Source: Neophaeotheca triangularis
Lineage: Eukaryota
Length of the DNA: 33,940 nt
Assembly: GCA_054600435.1 (NCBI GenBank)
Contig: BAAIJX010000028.1
Coordinates: forward strand, 248,001-281,940
Direction: 5' to 3'
The notes under the pieces were generated by a model, which worked only from the letters and a program-made list of their open reading frames with translations, did not search any database and had not been told where the DNA came from. Shown in pieces: positions 1 through 10,455 of the stretch. Every line of letters starts with the position of its first letter. Within the stretch, counting starts at the first letter, position 1. Both the position numbers and the translations under genes were made by a program.

Positions 1-104
1 CCATGGATTCCTTTCAACCACCTTCCACTCGATCGACGTGAATACCCCATATCTTTGCCCAGTGGCAGATTCAGACAGACATGCGTTCTGGCCCCCTTGG
101 AACT

Positions 105-525
105 GATCCTCTCCATCTCCTCGCAATGATGAATCATATTCAACCCCATCTGAAGGCACAATGATGGAACACCCAATTGTCATTCACAATTCCTGGGATA
201 CTGCTTGAGATTTATGCCTTCGAATACCATTAGACTTGAGCGCGAACGTTTCACTGACATCGCCTATACGACGCAGAAGGGGCAAGAGTGACTCGACCTG
301 ACCCGTTAGTCTTCGCCAGGACTTGTCCGTCGCTGGCCATGGCTCGAGATGTCGTTTGTGTTTGACTTCCCTTCAACATCTAGCCCAATCGATTTGTTTC
401 ATGAAATCTATACCCCCATGCGACTCTCATGCGGTACGTATAGGTCACTCGAAATGCTCCATCTCCTCGCAAGGATGATACACCAAATTGTTTCAATCCC
501 ATCTGAAGGAACAAAGATGGACGAA
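105..525. repeat. Degenerate direct repeat, two copies about 345 bp apart (~105-170 and ~455-525)
   Basis: CTCCATCTCCTCGCAATGATGA..TTCAACCCCATCTGAAGGCACAATGATGGA vs CTCCATCTCCTCGCAAGGATGA..TTCAATCCCATCTGAAGGAACAAAGATGGA, aligned by eye. Confidence 0.75.
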
Positions 526-766
526 AACAAATCTTCATTCGTATCCCTGAAAGCCGCGCTCCAATCTCCGTCCAAAAGAGATCGTTAAAAACTCATCACC
601 AGCACATCCGCTGACGCCGCTTCTCCACTAGAACAACGGCGAATCCGACAAACAACTCAGAAGACGAGCCAAACCAAGATCGAACAACCTCCCTCAACCT
701 CACAATCCTCGAAAAAGAAAACAGAGACTCTCAACCACCCTCCCCACCGTCCTTAATCTTATAGCA

Positions 767-1300
767 TCACCCACCCCCCTCCCCCCCAATCACCCTGCCC
801 TCAAAAACCAAAACACCCCACACCCTCTCCAACCCCCTAACCTCTTTCTCCCCCAGCACAGCGCCCCTCCCCCTCACCAACTCCTTCAAAAACTCCGCCG
901 CCTCGTCCAAAGCCCTCTTCCTCTCACCCAAACTCTTCCGCTCACGGCCAACAGACCCCCCCAAAACCCCATCTTCCCTCTTCCCCGGCTCGACAAGTTT
1001 CCGCTTCCCGCGACCAAGCTGAGGCAGCTGGGCTCCACGCCTCCCTCTACCCTTCGTGTCTTGCCGTTGCTGCCGCTGCTGCTGCTGCGGATCCCGCTCT
1101 CGCGGCTTTTCTCCTCCACCACCACTACCACCACCACCACCACCGCCCGCTGCCGGAAGACTCGGGGCCATCGGAGCGGGTCTCCGGCCTGTTCCTGTCG
1201 TGGGAGGCTTGGCACCCGGCCGAGGCGAGAGCGGGTGCGGGTGTGGGTGCGGGCCCCAGTACTCGAGGACGCGGTGGCGGCGGTAGGTGTAGGTTGACAT
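767..1300 (-). CDS. Hypothetical low-complexity protein (177 aa; Pro/Gly/Gln tracts, charged helical C-terminus)
   Basis: ATG-initiated ORF in good context (CAAATGT); protein-like C-terminal segment ALDEAAEFLKELVRG...; no recognisable domain. Confidence 0.45.
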   Translation of the reverse strand: MSTYTYRRHRVLEYWGPHPHPHPLSPRPGAKPPTTGTGRRPAPMAPSLPAAGGGGGGGSGGGGEKPRERDPQQQQRQQRQDTKGRGRRGAQLPQLGRGKRKLVEPGKREDGVLGGSVGRERKSLGERKRALDEAAEFLKELVRGRGAVLGEKEVRGLERVWGVLVFEGRVIGGEGGG

Positions 1301-2546
1301 TTGCGTTGTCCGTCGCGGCGTGGTGTTGGCTTTTTAAGATTGAAGAGGTCGGGGGATGCCGTGGGAATGAGAGATGCGAGTTTTGAGGGGTTGGCAGATA
1401 CGAGCTGGAGTTTGGGCGGACGTCGATGGGCTTTGGGCGAGTTAGGGGGGGAGCAGGGTGAGTGAGGTGTTGTGCGCAGCCAGTCCACCGCCGTGGGGAG
1501 AGCTGGTCGGAAACCGGTTTACCGCGTGCTACGCGACTTTACCACTAGCTGAAGTGAGGTAGGTAGCTAGTCCACAGCAGTCTTGTGCTTGAGAAACGCA
1601 ATCCAAAGTTGCTAGCTCATCACTCATCAAGCAGACCACCATTTCCGCCCTACCTCGCTCGTGATATCCAACACTGTTCGGAACGCCGCGGACATAGATT
1701 AAAGCATTGAAAAGAGAAAAGGGAAAGCGTAGAGAGGCGAGACTGCCCGTTTAGCAGAGATTGGATAAAAGTGGACGGTATCGCGTACCTGTCTATCGTT
1801 CAGCGGCAACGACCGGTTCCCGCCTTTCTCACCTCGAACTCAAGCTCAACCACAAGCTGCCCAGGACGCCAGATGCAAACCCCTCGCAACACAATTCACT
1901 TCGCCACCCTTGCTGTCAAAACAGCCAGACCGTCTCCACATAACCAAGCGTGGAACTCAAAACTTAGATGAAAAACAGCCAAAGCAAAGCAAAGGGTATA
2001 ATCCAGAAAAACAAGCCAACCCCGGACTCGGACCCGCATCTCTCAACCCATATCCTCTCCAAACCCTTGGATCCAAGCCCACTCTCCTGATTCTTGAAAA
2101 CAATCCCCCCAAGTCTCGGAAGGTAACAGCAGCAACAAAAGGCCCCTAAATGCAAAAACTGTGCTTTCACCCCATACCCCGGAAACATACCCATCAAGAA
2201 AGTTTCACAATCTCACTCCCACCCTTCCTCGTCACCAAAACCCACCAGAACCCAGTAAAACCCAAAGTCCACCTTTGATCCCCCTGCCGCCTGTCCACCC
2301 AATTCACTCACTGCAACCGCCTCGCCCCACCACTCCCAGCAACCGCAACTGCCCGTCCGCCGTTACCAACCCCACACCCCGCGGTATTAAGTTTCGGCAC
2401 TGAGATGGAGCGGCGGTAATCTCAACACAACTCGAGTCAGCAAGATTACACGGACACAACATACGACGACCAACGCGCGCGGGGGAACGGGCAGAGGTGA
2501 CGGAATGTGCGGGCGGGTAAATGCATGCGAGGGAGGAGAGTGGCAT

Positions 2547-3345
2547 TTATGCAGTCGTAGCTGTTGCGGCGGGAGTTGCAGCGGGAGTAGCAGTGGCAGT
2601 TGAGGGCTTGGGGGCAGGGGGATGATCACCACCCTCAGGAAAGGCCTCGAGCGGGCCGCTCGTGGCGCTCATGCCTGGCGCTGCTTGGGGTTGTTTCGTT
2701 TCGGTTTCGGTTTCGGTCTCGGTCAAGCTGGTGGAGGGGGTTTCGGTCGCCAGGATTTTGCCGGAGTCGGCGCTCGTCGTTGGCGGTGGGGCTGAGGCGT
2801 CTGCTGCGGTTTTTGGGGTTGGGGTAGCTTGGCTTGGGCGGGCGTTTTCGTTGCCTGCAGCCGTTGGAGCTGTGGAGGTTTCCGCAGCAGGGGGAAGCTC
2901 TTGCGCCGCCGGTGTTTGTTGCGCGGGCTGCGCCGCGGTAGAGTCTACTCAAACTATCAGCATGTAACATCCCAACCCAACCACTCCCTTCTTCACAAGC
3001 GTATCTACTCACCTTCCTTCCCCTCCACGATGCCCTTGATCTCCTTAACCGGCGTAGCGGTCGTGGAATCCTTTTCCACAGGCGCTACATGCTCGGTTTG
3101 CCGTCCGGCTTCCATCTCCTTGGCCTTACTCGCTCCCTCAGGTCCACCGGCTACATTTGGGTCGGGGGCTGCTGCCGGCGAGGGAACGGCTTCGTGAGGA
3201 GTAGCATGTTGGCCCGTCGCGAGGGGATGGGTGGGTGGGAGGGGCTTGGAAGCCGAGGAGGGACGTTGTTCGACTACTTCGGGGGCTTGTTGGTGGTCTG
3301 GAGGGGGTTTCTGGACGGTGGAGGCGGGCTGGGGGGTTGAGTGGG

Positions 3346-3377
<32 letters not shown>

Positions 3378-3523
3378 GCGGCCTTGTCTCTTTTGTTGCG
3401 TTTGAAGAGGCCTTTGAAAGCTCGCTTGAGCTGGGCGGCTGCGTCTGGGGCTTTTGGATGTCAGTATCGACTGGTCCACTTTGGGTGTAGGTAGGCATTT
3501 TGATACGTACGAACACCAGGCAT
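2547..3523 (-). CDS. Hypothetical disordered protein, 3 exons (3523-3511, 3450-3013, 2944-2547), 282 aa
   Basis: Manual splicing with GTACGT..CTGAC..AAG and GTGAGT..CTGAT..TAG introns gives an 849-nt continuous frame MPGVPPDAAQLKRAFKGLFKRNKRDK...poly-Q...PGMSATSGPLEAFPEGG...TTA*. Confidence 0.75.
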
Positions 3524-3709
3524 GATGGTTGTTACTGTCGTGGTGGGTGAGAAAGGGAGAGTTGGCGATCCCCCTGGAGCTGGTGTGTCGGGTCGGTGGA
3601 GTAACAAAGAGCAAGAGCAAAAGCAGGAGCAGGAGCAAGAAGGGGGGCTGTCGTTCCGCTTTCGAAGGGTAGGGAGGAGGTAAGTGACACCAGTGCTTTT
3701 TCGTCCTAC

Positions 3710-3746
3710 TAAGGTAAGGTAGGTAAGGTAAGGTAAAGTACCTTAC
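3710..3746. repeat. (TAAGG/TAGG)n simple repeat ending in a small inverted repeat
   Basis: taaggtaaggtaggtaaggtaaggtaaagtaccttac; GTAAGGTA (3728-3735) pairs with TACCTTAC (3739-3746). Confidence 0.7.
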
Positions 3747-4711
3747 TGTAAGAGGTAACCCTGGAAGTATGCACACTTCAGTGAAAGGGAGGTGAGCAGC
3801 AGCAACAGCAGCAGCAGTCACCTGGCAAGCAAACGCCGATCAAACATACTAGTACCCTTCATCCCCCAGGGCCCACCCAGGGGTGGTTGGTACATGGGTA
3901 GACAAGGGCATACATACATCCATCCAAGTACAGTATGTAGTGTGTACAGTGCACGCGCCTACCACTCAGCACCTATTCTTAGCCCATCTTGACATGCCCG
4001 CTTGAGTGGGCTGTTTCGCGAGATTAATAAGGTGCGTAGGTAAGATGAGGTATTGCAAGTGATCATGAGAGGGCCTGCTCGCCCGGCCGAGTCTTTCCGC
4101 CGCGACACAGCACAGCGTGTACTAAGTTACTGCAGGGCTGAGCCACGATGCAGACGTCCGTTGGAGGTGTGGTCACGAGACAGGGCAGGTATGTAGCTTA
4201 CAGGTATGTAGGAAGAGATGTAGTAGTCAGTGGGTAGTAGCAACGTAAGCAAGGTAGTCTGTCGTTACTGCTCGTATAAAGTTATTATTGCGGACGTCTG
4301 TAGTCGTCTGTGTGTGGGTCTCGGGGCGCGCCGTGTATGGGTATCAGGTACTAACGGCACACGTGTACTACCTTACCTTGTGTAGTACCTACCCGGTGAC
4401 TACACGACTTATCACAACGTTACTGGGTAGTATGTAGGCATTCAAGGTATACATCTCTCGTACTCGATTCCGTGAACATAGCCTACATACCTTCTCGTCT
4501 GCTAGCTGAAAAAATAAAGAGAATAGAAAAAAGAAAGGTAGATTGGATTGTACAGCAAAAATCATCGCTCCAAAACTCCCATGTCGTAGCGTCGTCCGAC
4601 GCGCTGTAACGACCGTGATATCGTGACCTTGTTTCCCTCTGCAATGGCAGTATCAAAGCATATAACCCCTTGACGCTATTGTGTCCCTTCTCCGCGCCCC
4701 TTTACGCCATC

Positions 4712-7027
4712 TCAGGCATACTTATTCCCTTGCCCACCATTCATATTCGCTAGTACCCTATCCCAGCTCTCTTGCTCGAACATGAGATCCGGCGCGCTGG
4801 CTGCAGCGTTCTTGGACTTGTTCTTGCTCAGTCGTCGGAGCGCCGCATCGACGTGGTTTTGGTCCACCATGACACCGCTTTCCGAGCAGCGCGCCTTTTG
4901 TCGGAGTTCGGAGCACAGGCCGTCGAGGTCGAATTTTCCTTCTGATACGGGCGTAAGTGAGAGCTTCTTGTTTGCGGTCAGTGATGGAGACGTACCTTGG
5001 AAGTCTTGGTTGCTCTGAAGTTGATTCCTGGGGTGCTTGTTAGTGGCTGAAAAGGCGTATGATAACGACAAGTGCGACTCGTACCATATGTTGTTGCAGC
5101 TGATCAGCTTGCCCGCCTCCTCCTTCTTTGAAACTTGCGCGTCGGGCAAGCCGTAGTCGTCGTCTCCACCTTCGCGCGTCTTCTCAATCCCTGCCATCAA
5201 GTTTCTACTAGGCGTGGCTCCACTAGAGGGGGCGTTCTGCACAGGTTTCGCGTGTTGCTGCGCCGGTTGCGGGCTTTGCAAGATGCCGAAGAGATTACTG
5301 GGCGACGCGTAATCGAAAGCACCAGTATTGAGGGCATCGTCGAAGAAGTTGCTGCCAAAGTCGTTGTTGCCTAGAAAATCGTCCTGGTTGTCCCTATAGT
5401 CGGCGAAGAGGACCGGATCGAATGAGTCGAGGGATGGTACGTTCATATCCGTATTGCCGTTCATGGGGGCGAAGTTGTTGCTATTAGCTTGCAATCCGTT
5501 GTTGTTGTTGTTGTTGTTGTTGTTATACTGCTGAGTTTGATTTTGCTGTGGGCTGATCTTGCTGTACAACCCTTCCATACTCTTTTCTTTCTCGCCAGGG
5601 CTGTTGTAGGAAGGCTCCGGGGATGTGCCGCATGAGCTATTATTGGCGCCATTCCATTGACTCTGCGAGCTCGAGCAAGGCGAATTGCTATCAGAGGCGT
5701 TGCTGCCGCTGTTGAACTGGAACACGCGGGACAAGCCGCTGGTGGTGTCTGTGCCGTTGTCATTGCTCGCCTGCTGGTTGTTGTTTATGGGCTGCGGAGA
5801 AGCAAAGTAGTTACCGCCCAAAGTCCCGTTACGACCCGCGTTGTTTACGACGCTAGGGCTGAAGAGATCTCCAAAGGGGTCGCCGTTGGAGCTGCTGTTG
5901 TTCATCTGAGGCAAGGTATCGGAAAAGCCTCTCATGTTGTTTCCGTTACTGTATGCCTGGAAGTTGTTTTGCGGCACCGATGCGCTCGAGCCTGACGATG
6001 TAGTCTTGGTAGTTTGTGGGCTCTGACTTCGGGCTTGGCTATTTTGGCGGGCGGCCTGCTGACTTTGACCCACACCATAGCCATTGGCGTTGGTGCCAGG
6101 CGACTGACCAGATCCTGCCGAGGATGTGCTACTGTTGCTGTGATTTTGGCCGGAGTTTTGATTGCCGGGGAGAGCTCCGAATCTGGGAAAATCAAACTGG
6201 AAGTTGTTGCCGTTGTCTCCCCCCACATTTCTCTGATTCTGGGCCTTGGAAGAACCAAGTGGCGGCGAACGAATGGAAGCGTTGCCATTGAGTGATGTGC
6301 GCTGACGGAACTCCCGGAGCTCAACTTGAAGACGTTCCACTTGCGCCTTCAACAAGCCATTCTCCTGTTGATCAGCTTCCTTGGCCTTGGTGAGCTCATC
6401 CACTTTGGTCTCGAGATCTTTGAGGTGCTTTTCCTTGCGTTCGCGAAATGCGCGCTGAGCAGCTCGATTCTGTGCCTTACGTTTCTGGAGGATATTGGTC
6501 AGCCGTTGAACTGAAAGCTTGAGTGGCATAACTTGGCTGAGGTCACGTACCGTTGTAGGTTCAGAAGTCAAAGGTTTCCTTCCAGGTCTTTTAGATTGTG
6601 CCTTGTCGCCATCCAGAGTCTCCTGCCTCTTAGCATCGCCTTCCTCGGGCGACCCTGCCTCGTCGGGGCTCTTCCTCTTCTCGTGCTGCTCCGCGCCGTT
6701 GCCTCCTGGGAGCGCGCCGATTAGATCACCTCCCAAGTCCGCGTTATCGAAGTCAAAGCTGTTGTCGCCGTCGAGATAGTCAAGATCGGGTGTGTAGTCG
6801 TAGTTGTCTAGATCGACATCCTGCTGCGGGCTAACGTAGAGTGCCTTGCCGCTCATCGTACCTGGCTGCCGCTCAGAATCGGATTGTGATCGCTTGATAC
6901 CAATAGCCCCTGGTTGGGGGTAATCTTGATGGGTTTGCGAACTTATCGCGCGGTCCAATAGATCTTGTTGATTTTGCGAGAGGTGTGGGTTGAAGATGTT
7001 GTCACTTGATCGTTGCTTACTCTCCAT
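4712..7027 (-). CDS. yap1: AP-1-like (Yap1/Pap1/NapA family) bZIP oxidative-stress transcription factor; introns 6550-6485, 5084-5028, 4995-4942; ~712 aa spliced
   Basis: bZIP KRKAQNRAAQRAFRERKEKHLKDLETKV with the Yap-type basic region; NSSCGTSPEPS motif; C-terminal cysteine-rich domain ISCNNIWNQLQ...GKFDLDGLCSELRQKARCSE after splicing. Confidence 0.95.
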   Translation of the reverse strand: MESKQRSSDNIFNPHLSQNQQDLLDRAISSQTHQDYPQPGAIGIKRSQSDSERQPGTMSGKALYVSPQQDVDLDNYDYTPDLDYLDGDNSFDFDNADLGGDLIGALPGGNGAEQHEKRKSPDEAGSPEEGDAKRQETLDGDKAQSKRPGRKPLTSEPTTVRDLSQVMPLKLSVQRLTNILQKRKAQNRAAQRAFRERKEKHLKDLETKVDELTKAKEADQQENGLLKAQVERLQVELREFRQRTSLNGNASIRSPPLGSSKAQNQRNVGGDNGNNFQFDFPRFGALPGNQNSGQNHSNSSTSSAGSGQSPGTNANGYGVGQSQQAARQNSQARSQSPQTTKTTSSGSSASVPQNNFQAYSNGNNMRGFSDTLPQMNNSSSNGDPFGDLFSPSVVNNAGRNGTLGGNYFASPQPINNNQQASNDNGTDTTSGLSRVFQFNSGSNASDSNSPCSSSQSQWNGANNSSCGTSPEPSYNSPGEKEKSMEGLYSKISPQQNQTQQYNNNNNNNNNGLQANSNNFAPMNGNTDMNVPSLDSFDPVLFADYRDNQDDFLGNNDFGSNFFDDALNTGAFDYASPSNLFGILQSPQPAQQHAKPVQNAPSSGATPSRNLMAGIEKTREGGDDDYGLPDAQVSKKEEAGKLISCNNIWYESHLSLSYAFSATNKHPRNQLQSNQDFQGTSPSLTANKKLSLTPVSEGKFDLDGLCSELRQKARCSESGVMVDQNHVDAALRRLSKNKSKNAAASAPDLMFEQESWDRVLANMNGGQGNKYA
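5498..5524 (-). repeat. (AAC)9 coding microsatellite, poly-Asn tract in AP-1
   Basis: Nine perfect GTT units on + strand, translating as N9. Confidence 0.9.
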
Positions 7028-7069
7028 GGATGGAGCTGCAGTCTTTGAACACGTTTTTTGATCCCGGCT

Positions 7070-7191
7070 CTGGCAAGAACGGTCAGTCTAATGGCCGAGT
7101 GCTGTGGTGAAGGTGACAAGGTAAGTCGTCTTGAGGGGCTGTGCGGGCGCAAACGGATAGGATGTTCACGAAAGGGCGGTCACCTACCTAC
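7070..7191 (-). other. Candidate 5'-UTR intron of the AP-1 gene (122 nt)
   Basis: CAG/GTAGGT donor, ACTGAC branch site, TTGCCAG acceptor 42 nt upstream of the ATG; no ATG seen in the upstream exon. Confidence 0.6.
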
Positions 7192-7331
7192 CTGGATGCT
7201 TTGGTTTGGTCGCGATATCGGCGTGCTAGACTTTGGTTCGAAATGTCCCTCAAGATCAGATTACGTCGAAGCAGAGGAAAGGAAGAAAATGAGAGAAATC
7301 CGGACAGCGATGGAATGTTCTTGATTCGAAT

Positions 7332-7353
7332 CCAATCAATCAATCAATCAATC
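7332..7353. repeat. (CAAT)5 repeat beginning with a CCAAT box, upstream of AP-1
   Basis: ccaatcaatcaatcaatcaatc. Confidence 0.8.
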
Positions 7354-8365
7354 CAAAGGCTGACGGTGGGTTGCGTCAAACGTGAAGGGCAGGGTCGGAA
7401 TGACGGTGCCTGCAATATGAGATTAGGCTGCTGGCTCGGATGTGCCTCGGATTGGTGGCCGGAGACTGAAGGAGGCGAGTTTTTTGGCGCGGCACTGGTA
7501 GGTAGAGTGGCTGACTGACAATGGCGTCGGGTGGTAATGGGACTCAAGATGGCTTGCACTTGAACTCGAAAGGGTACGTTACTGAAGGTGTTTAGGCAGG
7601 AAAATGGACGCGAATGCGACTGTCGAGGACGACAGAGGGCGAAAGGGCCAGAAGCTAAGGTAAGGTAGGTAACTTAGCGAATTAAAGTAGATTACCAATC
7701 GAAGGATTCAAGAGTCAGACGACGCCTGCCAAGTATGAGCTTCTTCTACTTGGGTACATCTACTAACTTTCGCCTGCTTGGTGAGGATCAAAACATGAGG
7801 TGTACAGCAAATATGGAACGTAGGCGTTTCCAGCTACGCAAGGAGAGTCTTTCAGACGCGACCCTAGACCGTATCTAAAAGTCACATACCTTAGCAGCCT
7901 GCTTTCCACACGTGATGAGGTGTGTACTAGTAAAGATGGGATCGTTTTGTATTGTCGGGTTCCATTGCTGGACGCAGCCATTACCACCGGTGTTTTGGCC
8001 TTAACTCCGGCCTCCACACACCACCAGAGCACGTGACGAGTCTGTTGACCCGATAAGCGATAAGGATCAGCGATTACGCTAGTGAATACCTTGGTCTGCT
8101 TGGTGAAGCGACTCGCACCTTCAACTCGGGCTTCTACTTACCTTCACTGTCAATATCCACCTACAACTACTTCGCCTCCAACTACCACAACACACCTTGC
8201 GACCTATCTCTGCACACTACCTACCTCACCCGATTCCAAGGCTCTAAGGGCCAGGCACGTTCCATACAGAATCATCGGCAACACAGTCACCTTCACTCTT
8301 ACCAGCAAACGCCCACGCGGAACGTCACCTCACCCTCCTCAGTCACAGCACTCCGCGCAGTCGCA

Positions 8366-9291
8366 ATGGCCATGAAGAGCGTCCAGGACATCAAGGAGAC
8401 CATTGCGGAGCTTCGCGAACTCATCGGTGCCTGCAATGACATGCTCGTCATCGATCCGGACGACCAGGAGGCGCTTGATGGTCTGAAGGACTCAACGGCC
8501 TCAATTGCGGACTTGGAGGCCCAGCTTGTCAATCTAGAGGCAGAGCAGGTCGACGCCGCCACCACCGCTACCCCGGCTACCACCACCACCATCCCTCCTC
8601 CTCCACCGCCGCCTGCCGTCGTTGCTCCTCAGGTTGCCGCCGGCAACAAATCATCTTCTCCAATCCCTGCCCCACCATCGGCCAAGGAGCCCCTCGTCAC
8701 ATTCGACGTCAATGACAATGTCATGGCCAAGTACTCAGGAGATCGCACCTACTACGCCGCCACAATTGTCAGCAGGACCGGCAGCAACCACGATCCCATC
8801 TACAAAGTCAAGTTCCACGGCTACGGTGACACCGAGACTAAGAACAAGTTCGAAGTCAAGAGCTCTCTCAAGCGCAAGGCCGACGACACCCCACCTTCCT
8901 CGACCACGCATGCCCCAGAGCGCAAGGCCGGCGGTCCTGTCATCTCGGCTGCTGCCTCCATCGACATGTCGAAAATGAACAAGAAGGAGCCCAGCAAGGT
9001 CGGCGACGGCCCCGCCCGTGAGAAGCCTGCCCCCAAGAAGCTCAAGCGCAGCAAGCAGCTCGAGGAGACAAAGAATTCCTGGCAGGACTTCAAGAACAAG
9101 GGCCCGAAGAAGGTCGGCGGACGTCCCGTCTTCAAGGAGTCCCAGTTTCGCACGCAGGAGGATGTCGTGAAGAAGGGTATGCGTCGGAACTCCCCTCGTC
9201 CCCAAGACTTGGAGCTAACTTATGTTGAGGCACGACTGTGCAGCCGAAGCGCGTTCGCGTCCGTCATCGCGCCGATCCCGACGAGGAGTAA
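8366..9291 (+). CDS. spf30: SPF30/SMNDC1-like Tudor-domain splicing factor; probable intron 9177-9229; ~290 aa
   Basis: N-terminal coiled coil with DPDD turn; Tudor fold FDVNDNVMAKYSGDRTYYAATIVSRTGS..PIYKVKFHGYGDTE; KNSWQDF and KESQFRT motifs typical of the fungal family; GTATGC donor and GCTAAC branch site. Confidence 0.75.
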
Positions 9292-10455
9292 TCTGTTACC
9301 TCACTGCGACTGCACTAACACCATCATCCACTGCGAAGTTTGACCGTGGAAAAATGATTGCATACCACGGGACCTTTCGACCCCGCTACGTATAGCGTCT
9401 ACGAGCAGCACGGCAGCCATCATTCTCAGCGCAGAAAATCAACTCACCAACGGCTTGTCCCCATCCTTCCCACAAATCACCACCAACCTGCATACGAAGC
9501 AATGCTAACACAGTCTCCGCTGCGATTAGATGCTTGCTCACGACCATCAGCTACATAATATTACGGCATACCCAACATCAGCGAGGGAGTTTTCAAGGAC
9601 GTTTTCACTGTCGGGTTCTGCGAAAGGAGAGTGGGAGCAGGGAAACTGCGCTTTTGCAAGGCATCGTGGCAGCAACGAGAAGTAACTCCGTCCTTTTGAC
9701 GTCACATGACAGAGCGCTAAGGGCTTTTTGCAGCACAGCACAGTTTCAGCACTACTGTATCAGAATCATTATCAAGGTCGCTTTCTGTTGCGCAAGTGAT
9801 GATCGTCGTCGTCGCTGTGTATCCTTTAAACCTCCTTTATTGGGTGTTCTTCTATAGACTGTCAAGATATCAGATCGGTGCATCATGATGCTGCTATTCG
9901 AACTTATGGATGTGTTTCGTAACAGTCGATATGCCACCAATTCAAAACTTTATCCACACGCCACGACTTAACATTCGTACTGATCTCACAGAACATGCCA
10001 CGACTACTGCAATAAACCGTGCCTCACATCTGTCGTGCTTCCCAAAACGACCCTTTGACTTGCCAGCGACCCCTTGGTCTCCCTGACCATACTGGATTCC
10101 CGAGCCACATGGCCGCAAAAACCCCAGTCCCGCCCCTCTTACCACCCAGGCAACTCTTCTTCCGCAGCCTATAGCCATTTTCAATCTCTCCCAGCCAAGC
10201 GACCCGTTGTGCGGGCTTAGAGTCACTTGTCAGAGTGCACACTCTTCCCAATCGGCGATGTCCATTTGAGGCTGAGGCTGCGGGCTCTAAAACTCCGGAT
10301 CGGGGCACTTGTCCGCAGCTTGAACAAATCTATATCTCGACGGAATTGACAGAGCAGCTGTTCTCGACCATTCGCCTCTGTTGGTTTCCGGAATGTGCGA
10401 TCAATGCAGTCGCACGCCCCATCTTCCCAGTGCCATATGTAGTTCTCAGTAGTCT

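Noticed and set aside
1500..2500. Short ORFs of 60-80 aa
   Set aside because: Mostly non-ATG starts, low complexity, no splice model found; likely UTR or intergenic
2600..3821. Many overlapping ORFs listed on both strands
   Set aside because: Explained as alternative or antisense frames of the spliced minus-strand gene 2547-3523 and its leader
9350..10450. Short ORFs between the Tudor gene and PTPA
   Set aside because: No coherent gene model or motif; consistent with convergent 3' UTRs
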